The position numbers and the translations under genes are program-made. A DNA stretch of 64,000 nt from Pseudomonadales bacterium (GTDB taxonomy: Bacteria; Pseudomonadota; Gammaproteobacteria; Pseudomonadales; IMCC2047): the NCBI GenBank assembly GCA_965230515.1, contig OZ246007.1, positions 391,337 to 455,336 on the forward strand. Direction: 5' to 3'. The notes below the pieces were generated by a model, which had not been told where the DNA came from, made no database searches, and was given only the letters and a program-made list of their open reading frames with translations. Shown piece after piece: positions 41,845 through 50,552 of the stretch. How positions within the stretch are numbered: position 1 is the first letter of the stretch; every line of letters begins with the position of its first letter.

Positions 41845-41870
41845 GCCTCGCAATCGCGGGGCTTTTTTTT
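41845..41870 (+). terminator. Rho-independent terminator after acnB
   Basis: GCCTCGC-aatc-GCGGGGC is followed by T8. Confidence 0.75.
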
Positions 41871-41889
41871 GGCTGGTGAGAAGAACAGA

Positions 41890-43611
41890 TCACATAATGA
41901 TCGTTGCAAAATAGAAAGCTGCATCTGATATCCAATCATCCAGATAACCGCCGAGATAGGCTACTACGAGGATAATTCCTGCAAAAGGCAGCAAAACAGC
42001 AATTTTCCTTAAACAGCTCGTTTTTCTGAAATTCAGGATCTGAATCTGCATATTGGTTAACAATAATGAATCTTTGAGCAGAGGGTAAACCTCTTTGATC
42101 AATACCTCTTTTGAAAAGTAGCTCTGTTGCTGATTACCAGTGGGAACGATGACATCCCCGATCATAATAAAGTGGTCAGAGTAGCAAATATCGGCCCCCT
42201 CTCCTTTTGCGCTTCGGTTGTGCTTGTCAACCAGAATGACCGCCTGCCCTCTTATGCCAATACGGTGTTTCATCAGTCGATTTATATGAATGCCAAGAAC
42301 TACACCCAACAGTGCAAAGGGAATTAAAAGCAGGAAAAACTGTATCGGATATCCAAGCCAGATAAAGCCGGCCATTATTCCGAGCAGAATAATAACCAGG
42401 CCGTATTGCATTGCCCTAATTTTGCTTGAAAAATCACTGGCGAATTCAAGCCATTTTATCGCGGGATCATTAAGATTAGTCCACTCAAGATTTTTCTGGT
42501 TATGCTTTAAATGGTCTAGCGACTGAATTGAAATTCGATAGGCTGCATAAAACCCGCCAACAAGTAACGCTATGAAGCCGATCAGACTCAATCTATTCAG
42601 ATTTTGATAATAACTGTGTTGTGCACGCTGTTTGCTAAGTTTCCTATCGAGCTGGCTGTTCTCTGCCCGTTGAATTTCATCTCCTGTTGAGGTGAAAGTA
42701 AACATTCGAAACAGGCTGGGGTCAACAATATAAACTTTATTATTAGCGTAGGTCATCATCAGTGGGTCGGCATTGTCTGGTAATGCGAGCTTCTTCTGAA
42801 AGTGCCAGTCCTGACTGAACAGATAAATGGCGCCATACTTCTGCCCAGACTTCATCGCATTGATCCACCAGCTATCACCAACTCGCATAATGTCAGAGAT
42901 CAGTTGCCTGCCGGATCGAACAGCATCTTCCGGTAGTTGGTTAAAACTGAACAGGTGCTTGCCAAAATGTTCTGTCTCCGCAGAATACACCTGTACGCCC
43001 GGGTTTTTACCGTCAGACAGAGCGACATAAAGTGATTCGGCATAAGCAAACAACTGATTAGGCCAACGGGCGTAACTCTTTGATTTGGCGAGCAGCTTGC
43101 CATCTGGGCTGAATTTCAAAAGCTGGTCACGAGCCGTATCAGCAATATAGACATATTCATCATTATCAATATGTAGACGAAAAGTCCGGTTAAACGATAT
43201 CTCACTACTCCAGCGATCACAACTCATCTTGTCCAGATCGCAGCGTACCAGATAACCGCTACCCGCTTCGTCATCGGCATTTCTAAGATGTGCTTTGACC
43301 GAATCACGACTCTGTTGTCTTTCCCCGGCTCGAACCAACAAATCACCGTTACTGAAAAAGGCAAAATCTCCTATAACCTGGTCAATACCCAGTTGACCCA
43401 AATTGAAAATATCGGTAGTTACGCCGGCCTCATTTTCAATATAAATATCTGTGCCCATTAGCACAGCAATCTGCCCGGTCGGCATCGTGCGCACATGTGT
43501 CGGTGCGTCAACATCTCTCTGTTTATCGCCTGTCCAATAGAACAGATAGAATAGCGATAATGCCAGTGTGATAATAATCGAGGTAAAAACCGGATGATCT
43601 TTAATATCCAT
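41890..43611 (-). CDS. Multi-TM membrane protein with a periplasmic NHL-like repeat region; function unknown
   Basis: An N-terminal TM helix is followed by ~300 aa containing NHL-like strands (YVYIADTARDQLLKFSPDGKLL, KVYIVDPSLFRMFTF), several TM helices and a soluble insertion. I recognise no family. Confidence 0.5.
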   Translation of the reverse strand: MDIKDHPVFTSIIITLALSLFYLFYWTGDKQRDVDAPTHVRTMPTGQIAVLMGTDIYIENEAGVTTDIFNLGQLGIDQVIGDFAFFSNGDLLVRAGERQQSRDSVKAHLRNADDEAGSGYLVRCDLDKMSCDRWSSEISFNRTFRLHIDNDEYVYIADTARDQLLKFSPDGKLLAKSKSYARWPNQLFAYAESLYVALSDGKNPGVQVYSAETEHFGKHLFSFNQLPEDAVRSGRQLISDIMRVGDSWWINAMKSGQKYGAIYLFSQDWHFQKKLALPDNADPLMMTYANNKVYIVDPSLFRMFTFTSTGDEIQRAENSQLDRKLSKQRAQHSYYQNLNRLSLIGFIALLVGGFYAAYRISIQSLDHLKHNQKNLEWTNLNDPAIKWLEFASDFSSKIRAMQYGLVIILLGIMAGFIWLGYPIQFFLLLIPFALLGVVLGIHINRLMKHRIGIRGQAVILVDKHNRSAKGEGADICYSDHFIMIGDVIVPTGNQQQSYFSKEVLIKEVYPLLKDSLLLTNMQIQILNFRKTSCLRKIAVLLPFAGIILVVAYLGGYLDDWISDAAFYFATIIM

Positions 43612-43723
43612 TCGCCCACTCCATTGGATAAAACATCAGAATTTCTATTTTCAAAAACGGATCAAAGTTACCTGCGTGCTATTAAAAACAGATAAGATCG
43701 GCACCGATGTCCATTTGAGCGGA

Positions 43724-44584
43724 TTAAAATGAGTGCCGAAGCAACTCAATCCAGCTTCTCTCCTGCCTGAGGAGCTGCCTGGCATCAAACGCCAAGCGAT
43801 GAGTGGCATGGCAATTTGCGCAGGCTGCAACCGCCAGAGAGCCCAGTGCACTACCTTGTTCCTTTAAAGTGCCAGATTCAAGGCTTTGTTTGAGGGTTGC
43901 CTGCATAACCCGCATGGAATCACCTGGATATGGTTTTGTCTCTTTGTCGTGGCAACTTGTACACACTTGGCCTAACTGACTCATCCCTTTGTCCAAATCC
44001 GCATATGCCAGCAATGCATCTGCTCTTCTGCCATCCACAAAAGCGATTTTAATCTTGTTTACCTGGTCGCTGAGCGCCTGCATAAGCACTGTTAATTCTG
44101 TCGAGTCATCCAGCGTTAAACCGGCAAAATCAGGGGCCCGATAGCGAGTGGCTGTGACCACCCGATAATCCTCGTGACAGGTATCACAGCTTTGCTTCAA
44201 TGTCGGCAGTGCTTTCAGCACTTGTTGATAGTTATTTTTACGCACGGCATCCTCGATTTGGCTAATAACAGCCTTGTTAAGCTTGTCCGCCCATTCAGGC
44301 ACCATCTCACCAATTTTTTGGTAATCCGTAACAAGTTTCTTCGACCACTTCTGCAAGTGCTGCTGATCTTGAGAATGTGCATACAGCTCAACTGCCAACA
44401 TTTCACGGCGCAGCTTAAACATAGTGTGCAACCACACCTGTCGCTTGTTTTGCGGTTTATACCATTGCGCAAGAGAGGCTGGTGGTTCCTTGAGTACAAC
44501 GACATGTTGTTGATGTTTCTGCGTGATGACAATGACGCCACCGATAATCAGACACTGCAAGAAAACAAACCCCAACCAACGCAT
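43724..44584 (-). CDS. Membrane-anchored tri-haem c-type cytochrome with cytochrome-c-prime-like modules
   Basis: Three CXXCH motifs are present (CDTCHEDYR, CTSCHDK, CANCHATHR). Each sits at the end of a predicted helical segment, as in class II cytochromes c. The start is chosen at ATG 44584 after AGGTGG. Confidence 0.65.
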   Translation of the reverse strand: MRWLGFVFLQCLIIGGVIVITQKHQQHVVVLKEPPASLAQWYKPQNKRQVWLHTMFKLRREMLAVELYAHSQDQQHLQKWSKKLVTDYQKIGEMVPEWADKLNKAVISQIEDAVRKNNYQQVLKALPTLKQSCDTCHEDYRVVTATRYRAPDFAGLTLDDSTELTVLMQALSDQVNKIKIAFVDGRRADALLAYADLDKGMSQLGQVCTSCHDKETKPYPGDSMRVMQATLKQSLESGTLKEQGSALGSLAVAACANCHATHRLAFDARQLLRQERSWIELLRHSF

Positions 44585-44679
44585 TGTTGCCACCTTTTTA
44601 ATCTATTGTTATTTAAATAATGGTTCTGGTTACCATGGTATTTATTGCCCAACTATATACTCGTTAGTGTGCTTTAAAA

Positions 44680-45471
44680 TCAACAAAAAATATCCCCAGG
44701 TGCCTGTCTCGCCTGATGTAGATATCCATTGGTATTCAGGCGGCGATACTGTCTGTAGATCTCTGCCACCCAAATCCCAGCGGGCGTCGCCATGAATTCG
44801 TTACGAAAATCTGCCATCGTCGGGGGCAGACCATTTGGCCAGGGAACCGGGTGCTGCTCAGGCTGCACCAAAATAGAGAACAGCGAGGCGACGTTTAGAT
44901 CAGCAAGAGAAAACCTGTCATCGATTAAGAATGGCTGCGCGATAACCATTCCATTAAGACGCTTTACTGCCAGCTCCAGTTTTTTGCGAGCCTCATCAAC
45001 CCTCTCGCTTGAACCAATAAACTTCTGATCAATTTTCCCTAAAATATAATTTCTGGATAAACGAAAAGCGAATTGTCTCACCGTACCACTGCGGTGTGTA
45101 AAGTAGTACTGCACCGCTTTTGGCCAGGGTTTAAGCATGTCGTACAACACTCTTCTAAGTGGATCTCCTATCAGTTGCTCATAGGCTTCACAGCTATCCA
45201 GACAGGCCTGTTTCAGTTCAGGGTTATCTGGCAGGAGGGGTGTGTCCGGATATTTTTCCTCCAGGTACAGACAGATCGCCTGTGAACCTTGCAGCCAATA
45301 TCCCTGATCATTAATAATAGGCAAGCTGCCGGAGCCAAATTTTCTTTGAAAGCGCAGCAGATGTTCTCCTGGATTGACAGGGCATGCATGCCAGGCAATA
45401 CCTTTGTAATCCAGCACCCAGCGAACTTTTTCGCAGTAATGTGAGTGCGGAAATTCATAAAGTTTTAACAC
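44680..45471 (-). CDS. Glutathione S-transferase family protein
   Basis: It has a thioredoxin-like N-terminal domain (MLKLYEFPHSHYCEKVRWVLDYKGI) and a helical C-terminal domain. Confidence 0.7.
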   Translation of the reverse strand: MLKLYEFPHSHYCEKVRWVLDYKGIAWHACPVNPGEHLLRFQRKFGSGSLPIINDQGYWLQGSQAICLYLEEKYPDTPLLPDNPELKQACLDSCEAYEQLIGDPLRRVLYDMLKPWPKAVQYYFTHRSGTVRQFAFRLSRNYILGKIDQKFIGSSERVDEARKKLELAVKRLNGMVIAQPFLIDDRFSLADLNVASLFSILVQPEQHPVPWPNGLPPTMADFRNEFMATPAGIWVAEIYRQYRRLNTNGYLHQARQAPGDIFC

Positions 45472-45477
45472 CCGTTA

Positions 45478-45724
45478 TCACTCCTCGACTGTATGTTCTT
45501 CATTAAAACCGAATTGCGGCACCAATAACCGAAAACAATACCCGCCACTGAATAGCATTGGACGTAACCCTCCTCCTGCGCCTACTGACATACCTTTGAA
45601 TAAAAAGAGCAGTGGAAAGGCGGTCAGCAGGAAGCGGATTGCGGTTAATAAAAGAGGTGGCGACAAAGTTAAAACCCCAGGCCGCCATTGCGAGTATGGC
45701 TATGCCGGTATGACTTATCTTCAC
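45478..45724 (-). pseudogene. Frameshifted, truncated EamA/DMT-family transporter remnant
   Basis: Two overlapping short ORFs in different frames read GIAILAMAAWGFNFVA and PPLLLTAIRFLLTAFPLLFLF. These are consecutive conserved EamA N-terminal motifs. The rest of the gene is absent. Confidence 0.6.
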
Positions 45725-45757
45725 GACAATTTAAAAACCATAGCAACCGTAAGCAGG

Positions 45758-46831
45758 TCAGACGTTCTCAGGTTCAGGTTCAGTTGCTTCTTTTCGCTGT
45801 GACAAGGATGCTCCAGAGCCCAAAATCACGGCAACCCAGCGGGTTTCATCAAAGCTTTCAAAGGCAATTTTCAAAGTCATGGTTAAAGGTACAGACAACA
45901 GCATTCCAACCGGCCCTAATACCCAGCCCCAAAACACCAAAGAGAGGAACACCACCAATGCGGACAGATCAAGCCCCTTGCCCATAAAACGCGGTTCCAG
46001 AATGTTACCCACGACCACGTTAACAACCAAATATCCTGCTGCTGTTAACAAAGCATGGCCAGTCCCCAACTGAATGATCGCCAGCAATACCGCCGGCACA
46101 GCGGCGATGATAGAGCCCAGGGTCGGCACAAAATTCAGCAGGAATGCCACCAGGCCCCAGAGCACCGCATAATCGACACCGAGGATCATTAGCCAAACCA
46201 TAACCAAAACGCCAGTCAGAAGGCTTAGCGCGGTTTTAAGCGCCATATAACGGTTAACACTCTTGGTAAATCGTTGCACCGCCGCCATTGATTTCCCTGC
46301 GTTACCGGAAGCCGCTTTTAGTTTGTCATAAAAAACACTTTCTTCGGCAAGGATAAAGATAACGGTTAGCAAAATCATAAAGGCATTACCCATTACGTTT
46401 CCGAGGGAAGCCAACGTTGCCCCGACCATACTCATCGCCGTACCGGGATTAAAACTGTCCTTAAGATTGCTTCCCTGAAGATCAACTCCCAATCCGGATA
46501 GCCAGGTAAAAAAAGTACCGCTAAGCAGTCTTAGTTTATTTTGGTATTCAGGCAAATCCTGGGAGAAATTATTGACTGAGGCCCCTACAACTGCACCGAT
46601 CAGTAATCCGAATACAACCACCACACCAATAATAACCAGCAACGCGATCAGGTAAGGAACACCCCTTTTGTGCATCCAGGCCAGTGGTGGTGAGCAGATC
46701 ACTGCGATAAATACAGATAACAAAAACGGCACCAGCAACGATTCCGCCGCTTTCATACCGGCAACGACAATAACAAATGCGGCGCTATAGAGTAGAAATC
46801 TGGCAGCGGTAGATTGTTGAAGAGTCATCAT
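45758..46831 (-). CDS. AI-2E family transporter (PerM/YhhT-like)
   Basis: It has the eight-TM profile with the FVPTLGSIIAAVPAVLLA and LLSVPLT motifs typical of pfam01594. Confidence 0.8.
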   Translation of the reverse strand: MMTLQQSTAARFLLYSAAFVIVVAGMKAAESLLVPFLLSVFIAVICSPPLAWMHKRGVPYLIALLVIIGVVVVFGLLIGAVVGASVNNFSQDLPEYQNKLRLLSGTFFTWLSGLGVDLQGSNLKDSFNPGTAMSMVGATLASLGNVMGNAFMILLTVIFILAEESVFYDKLKAASGNAGKSMAAVQRFTKSVNRYMALKTALSLLTGVLVMVWLMILGVDYAVLWGLVAFLLNFVPTLGSIIAAVPAVLLAIIQLGTGHALLTAAGYLVVNVVVGNILEPRFMGKGLDLSALVVFLSLVFWGWVLGPVGMLLSVPLTMTLKIAFESFDETRWVAVILGSGASLSQRKEATEPEPENV

Positions 46832-46916
46832 CTTCTATCCTTTGAATAGTTGTCAGCAACCAGGGTTTCCCGCCGGACCCAATACGCGCATCACCGGCTT
46901 AGGGCTGTCATGTAAT

Positions 46917-47429
46917 TTAACGCGATACCAGTCGCGCTTCAGCTAACACACGCATGGAGCGCATTCCACTTCGCTCCGCCAGGCGTAACGCCTCATCCGC
47001 CGCCATGCCCTTATGCTCAACCAGCCACACAGCCCATAAAGCAGCGGCCCTGTTTCCGGAACCGCAATGCAGGAACACTGGCTTCCTGGCATTCTGCATT
47101 GCCTCGTTAAATTGTGCAACATGCGTATCAGTGATGGCCGTCAGAGGTTTTCCCATCGGTGCCTGGTAATATTCCATACCAAGCGCCTTCACAGTATTCG
47201 CTTCATCCCAGTTGACTTCATCAAGGCCTCGGGTGGAGATAACGCTTTTATATCCCAGCTCCGACAGTTTGCCCAATGCTGCTTTAGTTGGCTGTCCTGC
47301 AATAGTCAAGTCACCGAACTTAACGCTATTGTTAACGCCTTCAAGCGGAAAAGACTTGGGATCGGTCACATTATGACCGCAGGATTGCAGCACAAAAACT
47401 GCCAAAAAAATGACCGCCAGATTTCTCAT
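46917..47429 (-). CDS. Tyrosine/dual-specificity phosphatase-like lipoprotein (HCX5R)
   Basis: It has a lipobox (VLQSCG) and the active-site loop VFLHCGSGNRAA. Confidence 0.6.
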   Translation of the reverse strand: MRNLAVIFLAVFVLQSCGHNVTDPKSFPLEGVNNSVKFGDLTIAGQPTKAALGKLSELGYKSVISTRGLDEVNWDEANTVKALGMEYYQAPMGKPLTAITDTHVAQFNEAMQNARKPVFLHCGSGNRAAALWAVWLVEHKGMAADEALRLAERSGMRSMRVLAEARLVSR

Positions 47430-47576
47430 ATTACCATTTCCAGATTTGTAACCGGTTTTACGCCGACATCATAGCATGCACGGTAGTGATTTTGGGTGTC
47501 GCCCACCTTTCCGTCGACTATAAGAGGGAGTGGTTATATAGCTCTGAAGGAATAACATAGCTGCCCTCTCTTCCAA

Positions 47577-48755
47577 CTACTTGCTCAAATAGCGCATTCC
47601 CTCTTCCAGCCCTTCCAGAGTCAAAGGGTACATATGTCTGCCTACCATTCGATTGATGGTCTCGATCGTTTGAGTATACTGCCACACATCTTTTGACTTG
47701 GGGTTCAGCCAGATCACCTTCTCAAAAGTATCAGTGATTCGCTGCATCCATTTGGTCGCGGGCTCTTCATTCCAGTGCTCAACGCTTCCGCCAGGTGAAC
47801 TGATCTCGTAGGGTGACATGCTGGCATCGCCAACGAAAATGACCCGGTAATCGCTGCCATAGGTATGCAGCACATCCCAGGTGGCTGTTTTCTCAGACCA
47901 GCGCCGGACATTATCTTTCCACACGGATTCATAAACCATGTTATGAAAATAAAAGTATTCCAGGTGTTTGAATTCTGTTCGCGAAGCGGAAAACAACTCT
48001 TCGCATTGCCTAACGTGGTGATCCATCGAACCGCCAATATCCATAAACAGCAGTACTTTTACCGTATTGTGTCGTTCAGGCACCATCTTTAAATCGAGAT
48101 AACCGGCGTTTTTGGCTGTCGAATTAATCGTGTCGTGCATATCCAGCTGATCAGGAGCACCGGTGCGGGCGAATTTCCGTAATCTTCGCAGCGCCACTTT
48201 GATGTTGCGGGTGCCCAACTCTATTGAATCATCAAGGTTTTTATAGTCCCGCTTATCCCACACTTTAAGGGCACTGAAATTGCGATTGCCATCCTGGCCG
48301 ATTCGAATCCCTTCGGGATGATAACCGTTTGCACCAAATGGAGAGGTGCCACCTGTACCAATCCATTTGCTGCCACCCTCGTGCCGCTCTTTCTGCTCTT
48401 CCAGACGCTTTTTAAACTCCTCCATCAGCTTTTGTAACCCACCAAGGGTTTTGATTTTCGCCTTCTCCTCATCGGTCAGCGATTTCTCAAAGGCGCTGCG
48501 CAGCCATTCATCAGGAATCAACTCATCCAGAATATCAGGAAGCGCCTCCAAGCCTTTGAAGTAGCTTCCAAAAGCTATATCAAACTTATCAAAATGTTTT
48601 TCATCTTTCACCAGACAGGTGCGGCTCAGATAATAGAAAGACTCCATATCCGCGAACACCAGTCCTTGCTCTAGCGCTCCGAGCAGATCAAGAAACTCTC
48701 TGAGTGTCGCCGGGACTTTTGCGGCTCTCAATTCCTGAAAAAAACCAACTAACAT
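47577..48755 (-). CDS. VWA domain protein, CoxE-like
   Basis: It has a C-terminal VWA domain with the MIDAS-like motif LLFMDIGGSMD. It lies 49 nt downstream of a MoxR ATPase gene. Confidence 0.7.
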   Translation of the reverse strand: MLVGFFQELRAAKVPATLREFLDLLGALEQGLVFADMESFYYLSRTCLVKDEKHFDKFDIAFGSYFKGLEALPDILDELIPDEWLRSAFEKSLTDEEKAKIKTLGGLQKLMEEFKKRLEEQKERHEGGSKWIGTGGTSPFGANGYHPEGIRIGQDGNRNFSALKVWDKRDYKNLDDSIELGTRNIKVALRRLRKFARTGAPDQLDMHDTINSTAKNAGYLDLKMVPERHNTVKVLLFMDIGGSMDHHVRQCEELFSASRTEFKHLEYFYFHNMVYESVWKDNVRRWSEKTATWDVLHTYGSDYRVIFVGDASMSPYEISSPGGSVEHWNEEPATKWMQRITDTFEKVIWLNPKSKDVWQYTQTIETINRMVGRHMYPLTLEGLEEGMRYLSK

Positions 48756-48804
48756 AAATCTATTCCAACGGTTTACTATTTAGGTGTGCAGTCAAACACA
48801 AAAA

Positions 48805-49647
48805 TCAGCTATCACGTCGATTCATGAAAGCCAGACGTTCCAACAGGTGAACATCCTGCTCGTTCTTCAGAAGAGCGCCATACAACGGAGGAATGGCGTT
48901 CTTGCTATCCGGGTTTTGCAATACATCTTCTGGAATCTCATCAGCCATCAGCAATTTTAGCCAGTCGATCAGCTCGGAGGTAGAGGGTTTCTTTTTCAAC
49001 CCCGGAATTTCTCTGAGCTCAAAAAACAGTTCCATCGCCTCCGCAACCAGCTTCTGACTGATGCCCGGATAATGGACATCAACAATTTGTTTCATGGTGG
49101 TGCTATCCGGAAATTTGATGTAATGGAAAAAACAGCGACGAAGAAAGGCGTCCGGCAGTTCTTTTTCGTTATTACTGGTGATCAGAATGATCGGGCGGTG
49201 TTTGGCTTTAATGGTTTGTTGGGTTTCATAAACATAAAACTCCATGCGGTCCAGTTCCAACAGCAGATCATTTGGAAATTCGATATCCGCTTTATCCACC
49301 TCATCGATCAACAATACCGCAGGCTTGTCACTTTCAAACGCTTCCCATAATTTTCCTTTAACGATGTAGTTGGAGATGTCATGAACCTTCTCATTTCCCA
49401 ACTGTGAGTCGCGCAAACGTGATACGGCATCATACTCATACAACCCCTGCTGAGCTTTGGTCGTTGACTTGATATGCCATTGAATCAAATTGAGTCCCAG
49501 TGCATTAGCCACCTGCTCTGCCAACATGGTTTTACCGGTGCCGGGTTCGCCTTTAATCAGCAGTGGACGTTGTAGATTGATTGCGGCGTTAACCGCCATG
49601 GTTAAGTCATCCGTCGAGACGTATTGATCAGTACCTTCAAACTTCAT
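48805..49647 (-). CDS. MoxR-family AAA+ ATPase (AAA_5)
   Basis: It has Walker A GEPGTGKT and Walker B LLIDEVDKA. The 280-aa single-AAA architecture is typical of MoxR chaperone ATPases. Confidence 0.85.
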   Translation of the reverse strand: MKFEGTDQYVSTDDLTMAVNAAINLQRPLLIKGEPGTGKTMLAEQVANALGLNLIQWHIKSTTKAQQGLYEYDAVSRLRDSQLGNEKVHDISNYIVKGKLWEAFESDKPAVLLIDEVDKADIEFPNDLLLELDRMEFYVYETQQTIKAKHRPIILITSNNEKELPDAFLRRCFFHYIKFPDSTTMKQIVDVHYPGISQKLVAEAMELFFELREIPGLKKKPSTSELIDWLKLLMADEIPEDVLQNPDSKNAIPPLYGALLKNEQDVHLLERLAFMNRRDS

Positions 49648-49772
49648 AGAAAAATCCGATTGTTACTATTTGATTGGAAAAACGTGTATCAGAATTAGGG
49701 GGTCTTTGAATATTTCAGAGATGCCGGTTAATTCAGGATATTCAGGGGTAGTAGATTAACGTCCAAAACCGC

Positions 49773-50549
49773 TCAGGTAAAGCGCGCTGCGACATTGCCG
49801 CCCTGAAATACCGTTAATTCACCCTTTTCCATCTCGTTCCATCGTTCGTTGTCAGTCAGGGGTCTTGTGCTGATTACCGTTACAATATCCTGCGGCGATG
49901 TTTCATTGACAAAATCAACAGTCAGTTCTGTGTCAGTCAATGATGCTTCTCCAAACGGCGCTTTACGGGTAATCCAGGCTAGCTGAGTCGAACAGTAGGA
50001 AAACAGGTATTTTGAATCTGTCATTAGAATATTAAATACACCCAACTCACTGAGCGATTGGCAGAGCTTAAATACAAAACGAAAAAGTGTTTTACCGCTT
50101 TTAGGTGCCACTGGAAAGCGTTCCCTGATTTGGTCCAGCATCCAGCAAAAAGCGTGTTCGCTATCCGTTGAGCCAACTGGCTGAAAGTAGTTCAGAGGAC
50201 TCTTTTTAACCGCTTTGATCTGACCGTTGTGAGCAAATGTCCAATGACGTCCCCAGAGTTCTCTGGAAAAGGGATGGGTGTTCTCCAATGCAATCTTGCC
50301 AGAGTTGGCCTGTCGAATATGGCTAATCACAATATCGCTTTTGATTGGGTATTGCTTAACCAACTCTGCTACCTGTGAGGAGGCACTGGGATTTTGGTCG
50401 CGAAACTCACGGTAACCCTTGCCATTATAGAACACGATACCCCAACCATCTTTGTGTGGGCCGGTGACACCACCTCGCTGCATCAATCCAGAAAAACTAA
50501 AACAGATATCGGTCGGCACATTGGCGCTCATTCCCAGTAGTTCACACAT
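49773..50549 (-). CDS. Class II (Ntn) glutamine amidotransferase, YafJ-like
   Basis: It has the MCELLGMS N-terminal nucleophile Cys2 and the pattern GPHKDGWGIVFY...ISHIRQAN. Confidence 0.8.
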   Translation of the reverse strand: MCELLGMSANVPTDICFSFSGLMQRGGVTGPHKDGWGIVFYNGKGYREFRDQNPSASSQVAELVKQYPIKSDIVISHIRQANSGKIALENTHPFSRELWGRHWTFAHNGQIKAVKKSPLNYFQPVGSTDSEHAFCWMLDQIRERFPVAPKSGKTLFRFVFKLCQSLSELGVFNILMTDSKYLFSYCSTQLAWITRKAPFGEASLTDTELTVDFVNETSPQDIVTVISTRPLTDNERWNEMEKGELTVFQGGNVAARFT

Positions 50550-50552
50550 AAC

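Noticed and set aside
44174-44620. 148-aa plus-strand ORF
   Set aside because: It is antisense to the tri-haem cytochrome gene, whose three CXXCH motifs support the minus-strand frame.
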